Shown one piece after another: positions 1 to 34,913 of a stretch of DNA of 64,000 bases. The stretch spans positions 542,859 through 606,858 of the forward strand of contig JAWQFM010000016.1 of assembly GCA_033442325.1 (NCBI GenBank), given 5' to 3'. A program made the position numbers and the translations under genes. How positions within the stretch are numbered: the stretch's first letter is position 1; each line of letters starts with the position of its first letter. Below the pieces are notes generated by a model that did not search any database, was not told the origin of the DNA, and saw only the letters and a list, made by a program, of their open reading frames with translations. This DNA comes from Salpingoeca rosetta (taxonomy: Eukaryota; Protista; Choanoflagellata).

Positions 1-1486
<1,486 letters not shown>

Positions 1487-1898
1487 GTCTTGTCGTGCCC
1501 GCTTTGGTGAGTTGGTGGCAGCTCGCCTTCATCCTTTCATCGTCGCTCAACACCTCGAAATTAGAGGCACAAAAACATCATCGCCCATCGTCGATGATGG
1601 TGGTTGAAATTTCCTCTATTTTGCCGACGATTTGCACGAAAGATGCAACTTGACAGCGGTTGCTTGGGGCGTGTGCGTCACCCTTGCACCCCAAACCAGC
1701 GCAGATGCATGTGCAAGGCCGGCGTGGTGCTGCCGCGCAGCCTGCACACGACTCAAATCCAACCACAAACGAGAAAAATAAAACCCTACCATTTCGTGTG
1801 TCGGGCACTATCACAACCAACGCAAAACAACAAAAATAACAGTCGAAGTTCGGAAGATTTGATGGCATTTTCCACCAAATTTCGCTTCGTTGCGGACG

Positions 1899-3141
1899 AT
1901 GATGATGAGCAGGATGTTTGCTGTGGTGGTGCTAGCGGCACTGGCTGCTGCTGTTGGCGCTGGGGCAGCAGCTGCAGCGAGTGGGCCGTTTGGCGATGGG
2001 CCAACACCCACCACTGCAAATTGTACCCTCACATGGTACAACCAGGTAAAGTGGCTGTGATGTTCTTTTTTTTGTTTTTTGTTTCAGGCAGGCAGGCGGG
2101 AGGAATCGAATGTTTGTCACCTTGAGTGGAAGCGGCGGCGTGTGTTGTTGCTGCGTCGCCCAGCTCCCTCTGCGCTCATGCACTCTCTGTGCTCATGCAC
2201 TCTCTGCGCTTATGCGCTCAATGTATGTGAACCGAATCGTATGGTATGACGTTTATTTTGGCCTGGCAGACGACGGATCACTTCCAGTGGCGACCATCTG
2301 GCACGGCGGAGGAGCCACTTACCTTCCAGCAGCGCGTGTTCATCTGTGACCAGTACTGGGACAAGACAAACCCTGGCCCCATCTTCTTCTACGCGGGCAA
2401 CGAAGGCGACGTCGAGCTCTACGGTGCGCGCGTACATACTGTATGTTTGTTTGTGTGTGTTTGTGTGTTTGTGTGGGTTTGTGTGTGTGTGTGTGTGCAT
2501 GTGTGCGTGTGTGGGTGGGTGTGTGTGCGTGTGTGTGTGTGCATGTGCGTGCGTGTGTGTGTGCGTGCGTGCGTGTGTTTGTTTGTGTGTTTGTAAGACA
2601 GGGTTTGTGCCACGGTTGGATTGATGCTGTTATGTCTTCTTTGGACCTGCCACCCTCACATGCACGTACACACACAACACACACAACACACACATCCACG
2701 CACACGTGTGCAAATGTGCAGTCAACCACACCGGGCTGATGTGGGAGAGCGCCCCCATGTTCCGCGCGCTGCTGGTATTTGCCGAGCATCGCTTCTATGG
2801 CAAGACACAGCTGACACCGGGCGCCAGCGGGCCCAGTGAGCACCAGTACAAGTACCTCACACACGATCAGGTGAACCCCTCACACTTGGTTAGAGTTGTC
2901 GCAGCTGGGTGCTGCTGAGAGCACCCACAGCACATCAGCTACATTGCCTTCGGATTGATGGTCACACAAGTGTGCATATCCGCCTGCGATTGCTTGCCAA
3001 TTGCATCATCAGGCCATGGCGGACTATGCCCATCTCCTGTATCACTTGAAGCGCGACCGCAACTGTGAATCCAGCAAGACCATCGTCTTTGGAGGTGTGT
3101 ATCGTGTATGTGTGTGTGTGTGTATGTGTTTGCGTGCGTGC

Positions 3142-3205
<64 letters not shown>

Positions 3206-5981
3206 GCGTGCGTGTGCGTGCGTGTGCGTGCGTGCGTGCGTGTGTGTGCGTGCGTGTGCGTGCGTGCGTGTGTGTGTGTGTGTGTGTGTGCTGTGCGCGG
3301 TGTCCTGTCGTCTGCTTGTCTACTTCTTGCACTCACGCGCCGCACTTACCAGGATCATATGGTGGCATGCTTGCTGCGTGGCTGCGCATGAAGTATCCCG
3401 TGAGTTGAAGCACGAGCCCATGGCGGCTATGCATGTGTGTGTGTGCGTGTGTGATGTGTGTATGTGTGTGTGTTGTTTCGTGTTGCATTCCCTGACACAC
3501 TGTGCTTGGATGCAACCACTGCGAATCCTCATCACCATCGTCATTACCACCGCCCCCTGGATAATACGGCGCATGTGCAGCAAACATTTGACGGCGCCAT
3601 CGCGGCCTCTGCTCCAATTCTCGCGTTCCCCGGTATGACCCCGCCATTCGACAGCAACGGCTACTGGCAGGTCCGCTCGCTTGCCTGCTCTCGTTTATGT
3701 GTGTGTGCGTGTGTCTGTCTGTGTCTGTGTCTGTGTGTGTGTATCTGTACCTGTGTATGTGAGTTCACCTGTGTGCACCTCTATGTACATGTGCACGTTG
3801 TGTTTCCATTGCATCCCTCTCATCCACGGTCTTCTCTCGTCCACCATGCATCCGCTCCCCTCTCCCCTCGCCTTCATCGTGAACAGGTGGTGACGCGTGA
3901 CGCCACGCCCGCTGCCGGCGCTGCGCCCGCGTGCGAGAACAACATGCGCAACGCGTGGAAGGAGCTCTTTTCACGTGGAAAGACAGAGGTCGGTCGTGGT
4001 GTTGGTCGTGGTGTTGGACTGTAGTTTGCCGTGCTGTGCTGAGCTGAGCTGAGCTAAGTTTGCTTGCTTGGTTGTTTGTGCGCGTTACCATGTTCGTTCT
4101 GTATCATGGGGCGTACTGGTGAAGGTACGATTTTGTTTCTTCTGCACGAACGGCTCTGTGCTTCACCGTGCCCTTATGTTTCTAACACCACACCACAACA
4201 CACACACACACACATACACTCACACACTCACTCACACACTCCCACACTCACACACACTCTCATACTCACACATCCACACAAAACACACACATGAATGGTG
4301 CTAGTCTGGCCGCAAATCGCTGTCCACGCTGTTCCGCACGTGCTCGCCCGTGACGTCAGAGGATGACACGTGGCGTCTGGCCATGTTTCTGCTCCTCTCC
4401 ATCGACACGCTCGCCATGGGCAACTATCCTTACCCGAGCAACTACCTCACGGGCGGCGGGCCCAAGCTGCCGGCCTATCCTGTGGTCGCGGCGTGCAAAC
4501 CACTGGCGAAGAAGGACTTGAAGGGTGGGTGAATATGTGTGCGTGTGTGCGTGTGCGTGTGCGTGTGCGTGTGAACGTGTGTGCGTGTGTGCGTGTGTGC
4601 GTGTGTGCGTGTGAACGATTGAATGACCCTCTTGCATTGCAGTCTCAATCTTCACTGCATCTTGCTTCAACGTGACATACCCACCACCATCAGGCGATGC
4701 TCTGCTTTCCGCCCTCCGTGACGGCGCAGCCGTGTATGCAAACGCAACACAAGACCTCACCTGCTTCGATATCCCAGACCAGAAGCACGTCGAGCAGGTG
4801 CTGTGCGCAATGTCTGTGTGTGTGTGTGTATGAATGTATGTCTGTGTCTGCATCCGTGTGTGTGTATGTGTCTGTGTGTCTATGAATCTGCGTGATTGTA
4901 CGCTCCTTTGCTTGTGTGCGTGTGTGTTTACGTGGATGAAAGCTTGAACGTCCCTTCGCTTGTGTGTATGCGCACTGCGTGCTGCTCCTTAAAATGCATC
5001 CGCTCACACACGCGCCAATATGCACGCACATATGCACGATCATACACACGCACGCACACGTGTGTTCAACTGCGTCGCACACCCACACGCACATGCACAC
5101 ACGCACAACACACGACAGGATGGAATCTGGGACTACCAGTGGTGCACGGAGCTGATGCCGCAAGAGACGTACTTCTCGCTCAACGGAACAACAGACATGT
5201 TCTGGGCACAGCCGCAGGACATGGCGTTTGTTAGGTGCGATGACCTGCGCATGCGATGCGGAGATGAAGACGGCAGAATGGTGTCGCTAGAACGTGGTCC
5301 ACAAACACCCCCCCCCACACACACACACACACTGTCACTCGACTCACGAGGCGTGTGTGTATGTGTGTGTGTGTGTATGTGTGTGCGTGTGCGTGTGTGT
5401 GTGTGTGTGTATGTGCGTGTGTGTGTGTGTGTGTTTGTGTGAACATACTGCACATGTGTATGCATCTTGCACACATGTGTGTGACTAGGGACCATTGCCG
5501 CACCAAGTATGGAATTGTGCCACGCGAGGACTGGATGGCGGTCAAATACGGTGGCCTGGTGCGTCCCAGCACGCGGCGGGCGAAGATGGCGTGTTTGTGG
5601 GTGCCTCGCTCGTTGATTTTGAAATTTCCAACCCCCTTCTAAACACACACACTCTCTCAATCACTCACTCACTCACACACTCACTCGCTCACTCACTCAC
5701 TCGCTCCCCCCAACACACCAACACACCAACCCTCACGCTCGCGCGCCACATTTCAGAATGCGCTGCCTGCTGCGTCCAACATTGTGTTCTCCAACGGACT
5801 GCTGGACCCTTGGTCCTCCGGCGGCGTCAAACACAACATCAGCGACAGCATCACCGCCATCATCCTGCCCCACGGCGCACACCACATCGACCTCTTCTTC
5901 ACAAACCCGCAGGACACGTGGGACATCACGTGGGCACGCAACTACCACCGCGCCCAGATTGCAAAGTGGCTTGATGGCTGA
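1899..5981 (+). CDS. PRCP: Serine carboxypeptidase S28 family (lysosomal Pro-X carboxypeptidase / DPP7-like), multi-exon, with signal peptide
   Basis: Signal peptide MMMSRMFAVVVLAALAAAVGAG; spliced motifs Q|TTDHF, GPIFFYAGNEG, LVFAEHRFYGK, QAMADYA, FGG|SYGGMLAAWLRMKYP (nucleophile Ser), GAIAASAPI, LAMGNYPYPSNYL, WDYQWCTE, FSNGLLDPWSSGG (Asp), GAHHIDL (His); stop at 5979-5981. PRCP versus DPP7 is not fully resolved. Confidence 0.9.
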
Positions 5982-6236
5982 CCGCACGCACACACACACA
6001 CACACACACACAATCTCTCCCTCTCTGCATGCGTATCTGAGTCTGGCTCCCTTCAACTCCATGTGTGCTCTCTCTCCCTTTGAAGTACACCCATGCTTTG
6101 ACGTGTCACACACACACACAAACTGCACACATGCACACTGTTTCTGGTGGTGGCATGATGATAACGTGTCTAATGGGTGTGAAGAATCAATGAGGATCAA
6201 CAACATGGTCGCGCACGCATGAAAAGGGGCAACAGC

Positions 6237-6271
<35 letters not shown>

Positions 6272-6528
6272 AACAGAAAGGGCGGGCGATTGGGGGAATC
6301 CGTGTGCAACAGGGATGGTTTGAAACCACACACGGCGAGTCTGACTGACCGCGGGCGGGTCTTGTCTCGCTCACAAAAACGCGCGAGAATGAAAGTGGGA
6401 GGTTTAGCATACTGCTACCACACTCGCTCACTCATCATGGCTCATCCCACCCCCCCCCCCCACACACACACACACACACCCATCGTGCAAGACCCTTCCC
6501 CCGTCCCGTCACCTTCTTCTCTGCATCT

Positions 6529-7146
6529 TCACATCTTCCCAGGTGGAGGGGCGGAGCTGCTGTACGCTGGAGGCGCCTGTCCCTGCTGCTGCGGGTACCC
6601 CTGTCCGGGCGCTTGTGGTGGTGGTGGTGCACCATATGGCGCTTGCTGTTGCTGTGGATACGCAGGTGGCGGTCCCTGCGGCGGGTAGCCTTGCGGGTAG
6701 CCCTGTGGCGGATAGCTCTGTGGGTAGCCACCCTGTTGCTGTGGCGGCTGCTGGTGCTGCGGTGGTGGTGGAGGATAGTACGCGCCTCCCTGCGGCGGCT
6801 GTTGCTGCGGATGTTGTGGATAGCCCTGGGGCGGGTAGGCGTGCGGTGGTGGCGGTCCTGCTGGCTGTTGTGGGTAGCTGTACGATGCCGGCGGTGGCGG
6901 CGGCGGCGCCATGGAGGTGGGCGGTGGCCCCATTGGCGTGAGCTGCCACGGGTATGCGTGGCGCAGCTTGCCTGTCCCCTGATCTTGGTGGAAGCCATAC
7001 ACCTCGATGCCGCGGCCATCCACGCCTTTGCTCACAATGTGGCCCTGCAAGTTGAACCCGTGCTCGCTCTTGTACTGGACGCGCTGGCCCACCTCGAACC
7101 GCTGCATGACGTAGCCCGGCGGCGGCCTGCTCTCCACGGCTCCCAT
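6529..7146 (-). CDS. Small hypothetical protein: MGxxxS N-terminus, ~60-aa beta-rich domain, Pro/Gln/Gly/Tyr-rich tail
   Basis: Single-exon 205-aa ORF, GC-rich coding-like sequence: MGAVES..FEVGQRVQYK..GHIVSKG..YGFHQD..YPWQL, then YPPQGYPQ repeats. Confidence 0.75.
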   Translation of the reverse strand: MGAVESRPPPGYVMQRFEVGQRVQYKSEHGFNLQGHIVSKGVDGRGIEVYGFHQDQGTGKLRHAYPWQLTPMGPPPTSMAPPPPPPASYSYPQQPAGPPPPHAYPPQGYPQHPQQQPPQGGAYYPPPPPQHQQPPQQQGGYPQSYPPQGYPQGYPPQGPPPAYPQQQQAPYGAPPPPQAPGQGYPQQQGQAPPAYSSSAPPPGKM

Positions 7147-7621
7147 GGCGACGGGGTTCCCAAACAGAAAGTCCGGTATGAACGACGTGGTCGGCTGTTG
7201 CTCTTGTTGTTGTTGTTTTCTTCTTCTTCTATGTGTGTGTCTATCGACGCTCTCAAGTCGGCGCTTGGCTGCTTTGCCTTTGCCTCGTCTTCTTGTCGTG
7301 CGACTTGCGTACGTGTGGACGTGTGTGCGACTTTGACTTAGTGCTGTGCTTGTCGTGTGTGAGATATGGTTGGTTCGTTGAGTTGGTTGTGTGTTTGTGT
7401 TGGTTGCGTGGAAAAGCGCAACTCAGAAGCAATCGTGATGACTCATCCCAACTGACTTCAGTCGATACATGTTTTCCGCCTTGAAGGTCTTCATTCACTC
7501 CTTCCACACGCACACGCACACGCACGCATTCACACACGCACGCATTCACACACGCACGCATTCACACACGCACACACACGTACACGCATTCACACACACG
7601 CACATTCACACACAACAGAAG

Positions 7622-26717
<19,096 letters not shown>

Positions 26718-26984
26718 CGTATCTTCTCTCTGTCTTCGCTTGGTAGATAATTTTTAATGATACACGTCATATTTCCACAACGCTGCCTCGCGAACTTGCC
26801 GAGCTTGCACGCACTCAAGCGCTCTGCTTCTTGTCTTTCTTCAAGGACCCCAACAGCCCAGAGCCCAACACAGACACTTCTAACACTTCTCTGCCCTGCC
26901 TGATCTGATCCTCCGGATCCTTCGTCTCCCCAGCACAACGCCTTCTCTTCTTCCTTCCTTCCTGCTTAACGAACACCAAGCAAC
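26718..26984. promoter_or_regulatory. Divergent promoter region between SMG1 and the propeller gene
   Basis: Head-to-head start codons 267 bp apart with an AT-rich patch (tagataatttttaatgata). Confidence 0.45.
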
Positions 26985-28482
26985 ATGGCGCAACGGCCCG
27001 CGGCCTCAGCGTTGCTGGTGGTGGTGGTGATGGTGATCGCACTTGGTGGCGGCTGTGTCAGCGGCAAGCACATGGGCGTGATCTCGGCAGATGACCTGGG
27101 CAACATGCACATCAATGCCAGCGTTGATGGCGCACGCGTGCTTGTCTCTGGCATGGACGTGGTGGAGCAAGTGGCTTCCCTGCAAGCTTCCAACACGGCC
27201 CTGGAGCAAGACAACCAGCGACTGCAAGCCACCTTGGACAGCGTCGCCGCCAGCTATGCAGAGCTCGCCCGCCAGCACACGCAGCTCGCCAGGGCATTCT
27301 GGACCACGCAAAACTTCGGCCGTGGCTCTGCCTTCTCCACTTCCATGACACTCAGATTCATCAAGCAGTTCGCATCCACAGCATCAACCAGGGTACTGTC
27401 CGGCATCGTCACTGAGAGCGGTGCCGTTTACTTGGGAGGCTATGTCCGATTTCCTGCGAACGTGAGTGGTACCGGCGACCCCGTCACCTATGGCTTTCTG
27501 TCCCGCTTCAGCAGCGTTGATGGCTCCAGACTCTGGATGCAGACGTTTTCGCCGAACGGCGGCCTTGCTTTTATCACTAGTATCGCCGCTGATGACAGTG
27601 GTCGCGTCTACGCTGTAGGTGGCCGTGTCGCCTCCATCTCTACACACAGTGCATGGGACGGCCGTGAGCTGTGGCGCTACAACGTGACGTCGTCTCCGGT
27701 ACTTCCGCTTTCATCTGCCCGGCTCGCCGTTAGCCGCGATGGGCGCACGGTGTACTCGGCTGTTTCGACGTTTGACAACGTCGTCATACTCGCTTTGGAA
27801 GGCGCAACAGGCACGCTAAAGTGGCAAAAGACATTGAACATTCCGAATGGGCGCGGCAGTTGTCTTGCAGAGGAGCGGCGATCTGCTTTTGCTGCTGTAC
27901 CCTGGCAGCCAAGGAGGCAGTCTCTTTCGCCTGAGGCAAAGCGACGGCTCCGCAGTCTGGGTGCAATCTGTCAATGCTACCAGCGGACAGCTGTGGCGAG
28001 GACAGCCGCTCACGCTCGCGGCCGCTGACACCCCGTGCATGGGCCTCACCCTTCCTCTGCCCCCAGGCGACAACAACACCCCACCAACCTACATCCAATG
28101 CTTTGCTGCTGACACCGGTGCCATTGTTGGTGCCCAAATCCCGCTCCCAGCCAACTTTACCCTCTTTTCAGTGCTCTCCACGTGGGGCAACGACATCTTC
28201 GCCGTCGGCACTGCAACGGATGAGAGGCGTGTGCTTGACCACGACAGCATCGGTGGCGCGGACGTCGTGGCGATGCGTGTGCACATGCCCTCGGGATATG
28301 TCTATTGGAGCGAACAGCTTGGCAGCGCAGAGGACGAGCAACCGCCCTTCGCAGGCGTCGACGGCTCAGGCAGCCTGTACATCATGGGCAGCACAGGTGG
28401 CACCCTGCCGTCCACGGGCCTCCCACCACCAGATTCTTCTGATGCCTACCTCGTCAAGTACACGCCAGCCCATCTCCTTTGA
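26985..28482 (+). CDS. Secreted protein: signal peptide, short beta motif plus coiled coil, PQQ/SBBP-like beta-propeller; split by an apparent +1 frameshift (pseudogene or assembly error)
   Basis: ORFs 26985..28028 and 27847..28482 overlap in different frames. Propeller-blade motifs occur in both: DGSRLWMQTF, IAADDSGRVYAVG, DGRELWRY, ATGTLKWQK, DGSAVWVQ, GVDGSGSLYIMGST, DAYLVKY. No intron is evident. Confidence 0.7.
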
Positions 28483-29163
28483 TTTGAGATGCAATGTGAC
28501 GAGAACTGTTTGCGTGTGAAAGCCTTTCGAGGGCTAGAAGTCGTGTGCAGTTAGTTACATTACTCAAGCGTTTGCGCATGTGTGTGTTGTGTTGTGTGTG
28601 TGTTGTGTTGTGTTGTGTGTGTGTGTGTGTGTGTGTCCGACTGTAGCGGCTCAGGCTCAACTGTGTTAGATAGTAAGTGGTTGATGGTAGGAGTGACCGT
28701 GCTTGCATACACATCTTTGTGTCTGATGTTGCTGTTGATAGATTGTAGTTGGTTTTTTTTTTTGTTTTGTTTTTTCATTTCCTATGATAACATTCCAAGA
28801 TTCCACCAGATCATGTCCAATTCCCTCCACTTCTCCTCACTGAAATCGTTGCTGTAATTGCCAATAGCGTTGTGCGACACTGCTGTCACGCTGCGCCTGA
28901 CTGCGGGCCGGACTGCCAGCAATCGGCTTTGCAGTTGCACAGCCGTGACGAAATGATTGATGCAACATGATGATGATGGGTCGATGAATTAGAAAAAGAA
29001 CATGCAATCTGGATGATAGTGATAATGGAGAGAAGCTCGATAGACAAAAGCACACTCATCACAGCATCACAGGCGACTCCCGTGTGCCACATGCAGGAAA
29101 CATCATCCACCACAAATCGGCACTTGTCTGCAGGCACCACAGTCCAGTTTTTGCTCTGCCTGT

Positions 29164-29198
<35 letters not shown>

Positions 29199-29259
29199 TG
29201 TGTCTGTGTGTGTGTGTCTGTGTGTCTGTGTGTCTGTGTGTCTGTGCGTGCGTGCGTGC

Positions 29260-29302
<43 letters not shown>

Positions 29303-29499
29303 GCATCTCATCGTGCAATTTCTTCCACCTCCTTCCACCTCTGTCCACCTCTTTCCACTGTTGAAGGCGTGCACTTTCACTTTATGCAAATCACACACGC
29401 TGCACACCACGCAAGCAAGCAATCAAGTCCATCCATCCAATCCATCAATCAATCCCCTCTTCGCCCCACACTTGCTTGCACCACCCATCAAGAGTCCGC

Positions 29500-31340
<1,841 letters not shown>

Positions 31341-32819
31341 ATGGTGTGGAGTTGGTGGTTGGTGGCAGCGGTGGTTGCTGCTGGGGTGTGCTTGCGCGCC
31401 CTTGTGGGCTTGGGCGGCCACTCTGGGTTTGGCAACCCGCCCATGCACGGTGACTTTGAGGCACAGCGCCACTGGATGGAGGTACGCTGTGCTTGTGTGT
31501 GCGTGAATGTGTGTGCTTGTGTATGCGTGAATGTGTGTGTGTGTGTGTGCTTGTGTGTGTGTGTGTGTGTGCTTGCGTGAGTGTACGATGCTTTGTGGGT
31601 GTGCACGATGCTTTGTGGGTGTGCGCGATTTATTGTGTGTATGCAGATGAGAGTACGGCCAACCACACGCACACACACACACACACACGCACGCACGCAC
31701 GCACACACACACACACACACACACTCACACGCACACACACACACGCACACACACGCACACTTGTGTGCAGATTACATACCACACGCCAGTAAAGGAGTGG
31801 TACTTCAACACGACAAACAACGACCTGCAGTATTGGGGGTTGGATTACCCACCACTGACTGCGTACCACAGCTGGGTCTGCGGATGGCTCGCGCACAATG
31901 TCCTCAACCCGACGTGGGTGGCATTGCACGCCTCACGTGGCGCGGAATCTGGGGAGGTCCGCCTCTTCATGCGCAGCATGGCCTTGCTGGCGGATGTTCT
32001 CGTGTTCCTCCCCGCGGCTGTCGCGTACGCAAAGGTGGCTTTTGTTCAGCGCCAGTCAGAACAGAAGCGACGCAGCGCCGGCTTGGCAGTAGCAACAGCA
32101 ACAGCAGCAGGGGATGCCATGGGCGTCCTGGCGGCCCTCGTCTTCAACCCATGCTTTGTCTTGATTGACCACGGCCACTTCCAGTTCAACGCCATCAGCC
32201 TTGGGCTGGCGCTGTGGGCGGTCGTCTGCGTGCGCACTGGGCGCCACCTTCTGGGCAGTGCCCTGTTTGTGCTGAGCATCTGCTACAAGCAGATGTCCCT
32301 GTATTACGCGCCAGTGTTCTTCTTCAACCTGCTTGGGTCGTCATTCCAAGCACAGGGCAGACAAGGATGGCTCACCTGGTTCTTCAGCAGCTGCTGCCGG
32401 GTTGCACTCATTGGTTTCGTTGTCGTTGCCTCCTTTGCCATCTGCTTCCTTCCTTTCATCTTCGACTGGACGCAGTTCTCTCAAGGTGTGTTCGGGGGGT
32501 TGGGAAAGGAGGGTGTGTGTGTGTGTGTTTGTGTGTTTGTGTATGTTTGTGTGTGTGTGTGTGTGTGTGTGTTGTTGTGTGTGTGTGTGTGTGTGTGTGC
32601 ATTTTCGAACTGTGACACTTGCAATAGTCCACATATAGTCATTTCTACCAATCCTCCCAGGAAGTAGTTCATATGCTGGAGTTAAGCCTCTGCTAAAGTT
32701 AAGATAGGGAGCTCCTTGATTACATCATATGATAATAGCTTAAGCCGCTGAGGCGGGGCGCAGCATACCCAACAGGTGTGTGTGTGTGTGTTGTTGTGTT
32801 GTTGTTGTTTGTGTGTGTG

Positions 32820-32864
<45 letters not shown>

Positions 32865-34599
32865 TTGTGTATGTTTGTGTGTGTTTGTGTGTTTGTGTGT
32901 GTGTGGATAGATGTGTGCGTGTGTGCGTGTGTGCATTTGCACGTGTGCGTGTGTACATGAGTCCGGTGTGACTGCAACTCTATTGTCTCATGGCACCCTC
33001 CACATCTGCTTCCCCCCCCCCCGGCACTTCCCGGTGACAGTGCTGCATCGGATGTTCCCGCTTGCTCGCGGGCTGTTTGAGGACAAGGTTGCCAACGCGT
33101 GGTGCATTGCCGACGTTGTCCTGAAGTTCAGGAGAAACTTTGACAACACAACACTTGCCCGCTGCAGGTCATCCCTTATTTTGTGTTGTTTGTTTGTTTG
33201 TTTGTTTGTTTGTTTGTTTGTTTGTTTGTTTGTTTGTTTGTTTGTTTGTTTGTTTGTTTGTTTGTTTGTTTGTTTGTTTGTGCCTGTATGTGTGCCATAG
33301 AGAGCGGGCACTCATTGATCGTACTTGAAGGTAGGTGTTTGAAGACGTGAAAAGCCACCAACCCTTACCCTAAAACACGATTACCCACATGCTTATTGGT
33401 TCCCCACTACAGCCTCGTTGCGACCGTCACTGCGTTTCTGCCTTCATGTGTGCACACGTGCTTTCGCCCAACGCAACGAAACTTCTCGCTCGCACTCGTC
33501 AACTGCTCCCTATCCTTCTTCCTCTTCTCGTTCCAGGGTGAGCAGTGATTGTGTGAACCTCGCATCCTGCTGAATTCCTCCCTGCTTGCCAACCAGAAAC
33601 ACACACACACACACACAACACTCACTCACTCACACACACACAAACACTCACTCACTCACACACACACACACAACACTCACTCACTCACACACACACACAC
33701 AACACTCACTCACTCACTCACTCACTCACTCACACACACACACAACACTCACTCACTCACTCACTCACTCACTCACACACGCACACATTTCTGCCTTGTC
33801 CTTGCTCCACGCCAATCAACAGTGCACGAGAAGAGCATACTGCTCGCTGCGCTGCCAATCGCACTCGTTGCCCACCGCTTTCCCGCCGTCGCCACCGCGT
33901 TCATGGCCACCGCCACAATCACGCTCTTCCCGCTCCTGCACAAGGTTAGCGCTGCCGAGGAAGCTGACGTGGGGGGGGGGGTACATGTGTTGCGTTGGGA
34001 GTCGCGCTTGCGTGTGTTTACATTTACATCGCTCGCATACACACACACACACACACACACCGTGCGCAACATGGCACAGGACGGGCAATCGCTGCAGTTT
34101 GTGAGCTGCCTTGGTGTCGCTCTGTCGATCCACGCGCTGGCATTCTTCCATCGCCTCTCTGCCATCAAGATCGCAGCGGTATATGTTGAGCGCAGCTGTC
34201 ACACTCACTCACTCACTCCCTCACTCCCTCACTCACTCACTCCCTCACTAACTCACACACACACACACACACACACACAAACTCACTCACGTACACTCAC
34301 GCCCTCACTCACACTCTTAAACGCAGGTCCTCGTGAGCGTGGTTGTCGGTGCAGGGCTGTGTGTTGTATATGTGGTTGTGCCGCCGCCAGCACGCCTGCC
34401 AGACCTGTGGTCGCTCGCCATTGCGGCATATGGCTTTGTGCACTTTGCACTTGCTCTCCTCTACTTCACCGCCGCGCAGCTCTTTGGCCACGAGGATGGT
34501 GGTGGTGGTGGTGGTGGTGATGACGGGAGTGTTGGGGCTCAGGTGACGAAGAAGCAGAAGAAAAAGGGAGGGAAGCACGCGAAGATTAAGGCACAGTAA
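31341..34599 (+). CDS. ALG6: Dolichyl-P-Glc:Man9GlcNAc2-PP-Dol alpha-1,3-glucosyltransferase, multi-exon
   Basis: [15 protein letters not shown]|[70 protein letters not shown]|[17 protein letters not shown]; C-terminal KxKxx ER-retrieval signal (KIKAQ). Confidence 0.95.
33186..33280. repeat. (GTTT)n intronic tetranucleotide microsatellite; similar tracts at ~13910-13985 and ~20637-20740
   Basis: Directly visible tandem GTTT. Confidence 0.9.
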
Positions 34600-34675
34600 A
34601 CATCAACGAGAACCAGCCACAGTAAACCACAGTCAAGGCATGCATATTGCTTCGATCCTTTAATCATAAACACGT

Positions 34676-34725
<50 letters not shown>

Positions 34726-34913
34726 GCGTGTTTGTGTGCAAGGGACAAACCACGGGCATCGATAACGTGCGGGGTGCGCCGGTAACAAAGCACCATTCTT
34801 CTCATTTGTGGAGACGAAGGGGGCAGATGGAGGCTTACAGGAGGATGCATGAACAGGCGAGAGAACAAACAAACAAGCACACACCACCACCACCATCATC
34901 ACCATCATCATCA

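Noticed and set aside
2340-5660. Many HTHT/CVCV-rich ORFs here and throughout the window
   Set aside because: Translations of intronic (CA)n/(TG)n microsatellites, not metal-binding proteins
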